Source: Candidatus Latescibacterota bacterium (GTDB taxonomy: Bacteria > Latescibacterota > UBA2968 > GCA-2709665). From it: a stretch of DNA of 64,000 nt. The position numbers and the translations under genes were made by a program. This document shows, one piece after another, positions 62,631 through 64,000 of the stretch. The notes below the pieces were generated by a model. It saw only the letters and a program-made list of their open reading frames with translations. It did not search any database and had not been told where the DNA came from. The number at the start of each line of letters is the position of its first letter. The first letter of the stretch is position 1. The stretch is from the NCBI GenBank assembly GCA_965219995.1, contig CBDCOX010000002.1:4192001-4256000 (forward strand), given 5' to 3'.

Positions 62631-63147
62631 CCAGCCCGTTAATCAGCACGGAATAGTGTTTCACCTGTTCTGCGACCATTTCCAGTACTCTCAATGCTCT
62701 ACCGGTTTCGTGCGATATGTTTCCGGCCGAACGCGCCGCCTGGTCGGCTCGCAAGACCTGTCCATACGACTGGGCTTCTTTCACCAGTCTCAGTTCAAAA
62801 TCCACCTGTATACGGGCTTTATCAATGGCCTCGGTGGCTATTTGGGCCTCACGGAAGTGCTTTGCCAATTCACTCATATAGCTTGTGAACTGCGCCGAGG
62901 GCTTCGACAGTATGGAGAGCTGATTATAGCGTTCCCGCTCCCGATCCCATATTCGTCGAATTTCCGCCATCCGAGTCGTGGCCAGAGAATGCACCCTGGC
63001 AATTTCCCGTTTCTCCTGTTCGACTTCCTGAACCGCAACTTCCACGCCGCCCCGTTGAGTCGCATTACACCACCAAAGAGTCAGATAAAGGCCAGCGTTC
63101 GCACTGATCAGCAACCCAACAATACCATATTGAATCCGACGGTCCAT
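62608..63147 (-). CDS. hypothetical protein (N-terminal TM, helical)
   Basis: RBS GGGAGA; TM followed by coiled-coil. Confidence 0.55.
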   Translation of the reverse strand: MDRRIQYGIVGLLISANAGLYLTLWWCNATQRGGVEVAVQEVEQEKREIARVHSLATTRMAEIRRIWDRERERYNQLSILSKPSAQFTSYMSELAKHFREAQIATEAIDKARIQVDFELRLVKEAQSYGQVLRADQAARSAGNISHETGRALRVLEMVAEQVKHYSVLINGLVGIGEYQ

Positions 63148-63310
63148 TCAATCTCCCGCCTGAATGTCAGGCGCGGCAGGATTACGACAGCAACTCTATT
63201 GCGATTGAATTACGGGAGGGTTGAGCTACCGCCCCTGGTAATCCTTGACGATCAAGTATCAGAATCGCTTAACCGCGCCCGGAACAAAACCGGTGTGATA
63301 AGAGTATGGC

Positions 63311-63823
63311 TCACATCGTAAAGTAGAACTGTACCTGGCCAGTATTCCCAAAGATAATGTCAATGAATGTCAGGTCTCCGGCGTCTAATTCAGTTCCGCC
63401 CCCCTGCCGCATAAAGCTGAGAAACTGGTTCTTGTCCAAACCGATGCTCAACACCCCCTCGTCGATATCGAAATTTGCCTCGAGCACAAATCCCGATGAT
63501 TCCCGCATCGTTAACGAGCTTTCTTGCGCTGTCCACGTGCCCGATCCCCCCACATTGTCCGTAAAGGAACCATCCTGCACGAAAGTCAGCTGCGTTACGC
63601 CAAGGCTCACGCCCTGGTTTTCTGACGTGAAATCCAGAATGACCTGGCTTATCTGGTCCTCACTCAAACCCTGGGCAGCCAGATGCGCCCGCAGGTTCCT
63701 CGCCCCCAATTCCGTAAAGTTCGACCGTTGATAATTCCAGGTGCCTACCAGCGGATGTCCGGAGTACAATCCCTTGTCTCCACACGCCAGAAGCAGTATC
63801 ACCATCGCACAGTATCGTTTCAC
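63311..63823 (-). CDS. lipoprotein, lipocalin-like
   Basis: Lipobox LLAC; LVGTW...F..DGSF...GTW. Confidence 0.65.
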   Translation of the reverse strand: MKRYCAMVILLLACGDKGLYSGHPLVGTWNYQRSNFTELGARNLRAHLAAQGLSEDQISQVILDFTSENQGVSLGVTQLTFVQDGSFTDNVGGSGTWTAQESSLTMRESSGFVLEANFDIDEGVLSIGLDKNQFLSFMRQGGGTELDAGDLTFIDIIFGNTGQVQFYFTM

Positions 63824-64000
63824 AGCGGGCCTCCTGACCTGGTGATTCCCGCACCACGTTACGCGGGAGTTGAAGGTTGTTTCGATATGGTATGGCGCCG
63901 ACGTTTCGATGGCAGCCAGGACGCTTGGCGTAGTCGTTGCGGTTTTTATCTCCAGTCGATCAGGAGAAGCTTGAGCCGGGAGTTGCAGATTCCAATCAGC

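Overview
GC-rich bacterial chromosomal window with about 60 genes. I see no rRNA, tRNA, CRISPR array, integrase or transposase. The repeat-rich surface proteins (cadherin/FN3/LRR, internalin-like LRR, TPR-like, FlgD-type tail) resemble those of sponge-associated FCB-group bacteria such as Latescibacterota, Gemmatimonadota or Poribacteria; this is inference only. Housekeeping genes (ilvC, glyA, pyrB, dcd, cutA, csp, sppA) are mixed with sugar-acid catabolism genes, many stand-alone small enzymes (GNAT, NUDIX, methyltransferases, AAC(3)-like, APH-like), several intact and decayed toxin-antitoxin modules, and REP-like or heptamer intergenic repeats. The strongest candidate for an undescribed system lies at 23910-30324. 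It starts with a sigma54 activator whose sensor is a Reg_prop beta-propeller plus Y_Y_Y module with no signal peptide or TM helix. Three palindromic CGAWATATCG boxes and a consensus -24/-12 promoter follow, upstream of a mosaic surface protein with a 37-proline tract and 24-aa LRRs. Other highlights are a leaderless 24-codon peptide with an attenuator upstream of a plant-like pyrB, an RHH-GNAT-XRE three-gene module, a dcd plus three NUDIX cluster, and a second soluble sigma54 phosphorelay next to an LRR lipoprotein and a frameshifted secreted Cache-domain protein. All family assignments come from motif recognition by eye, not database searches.
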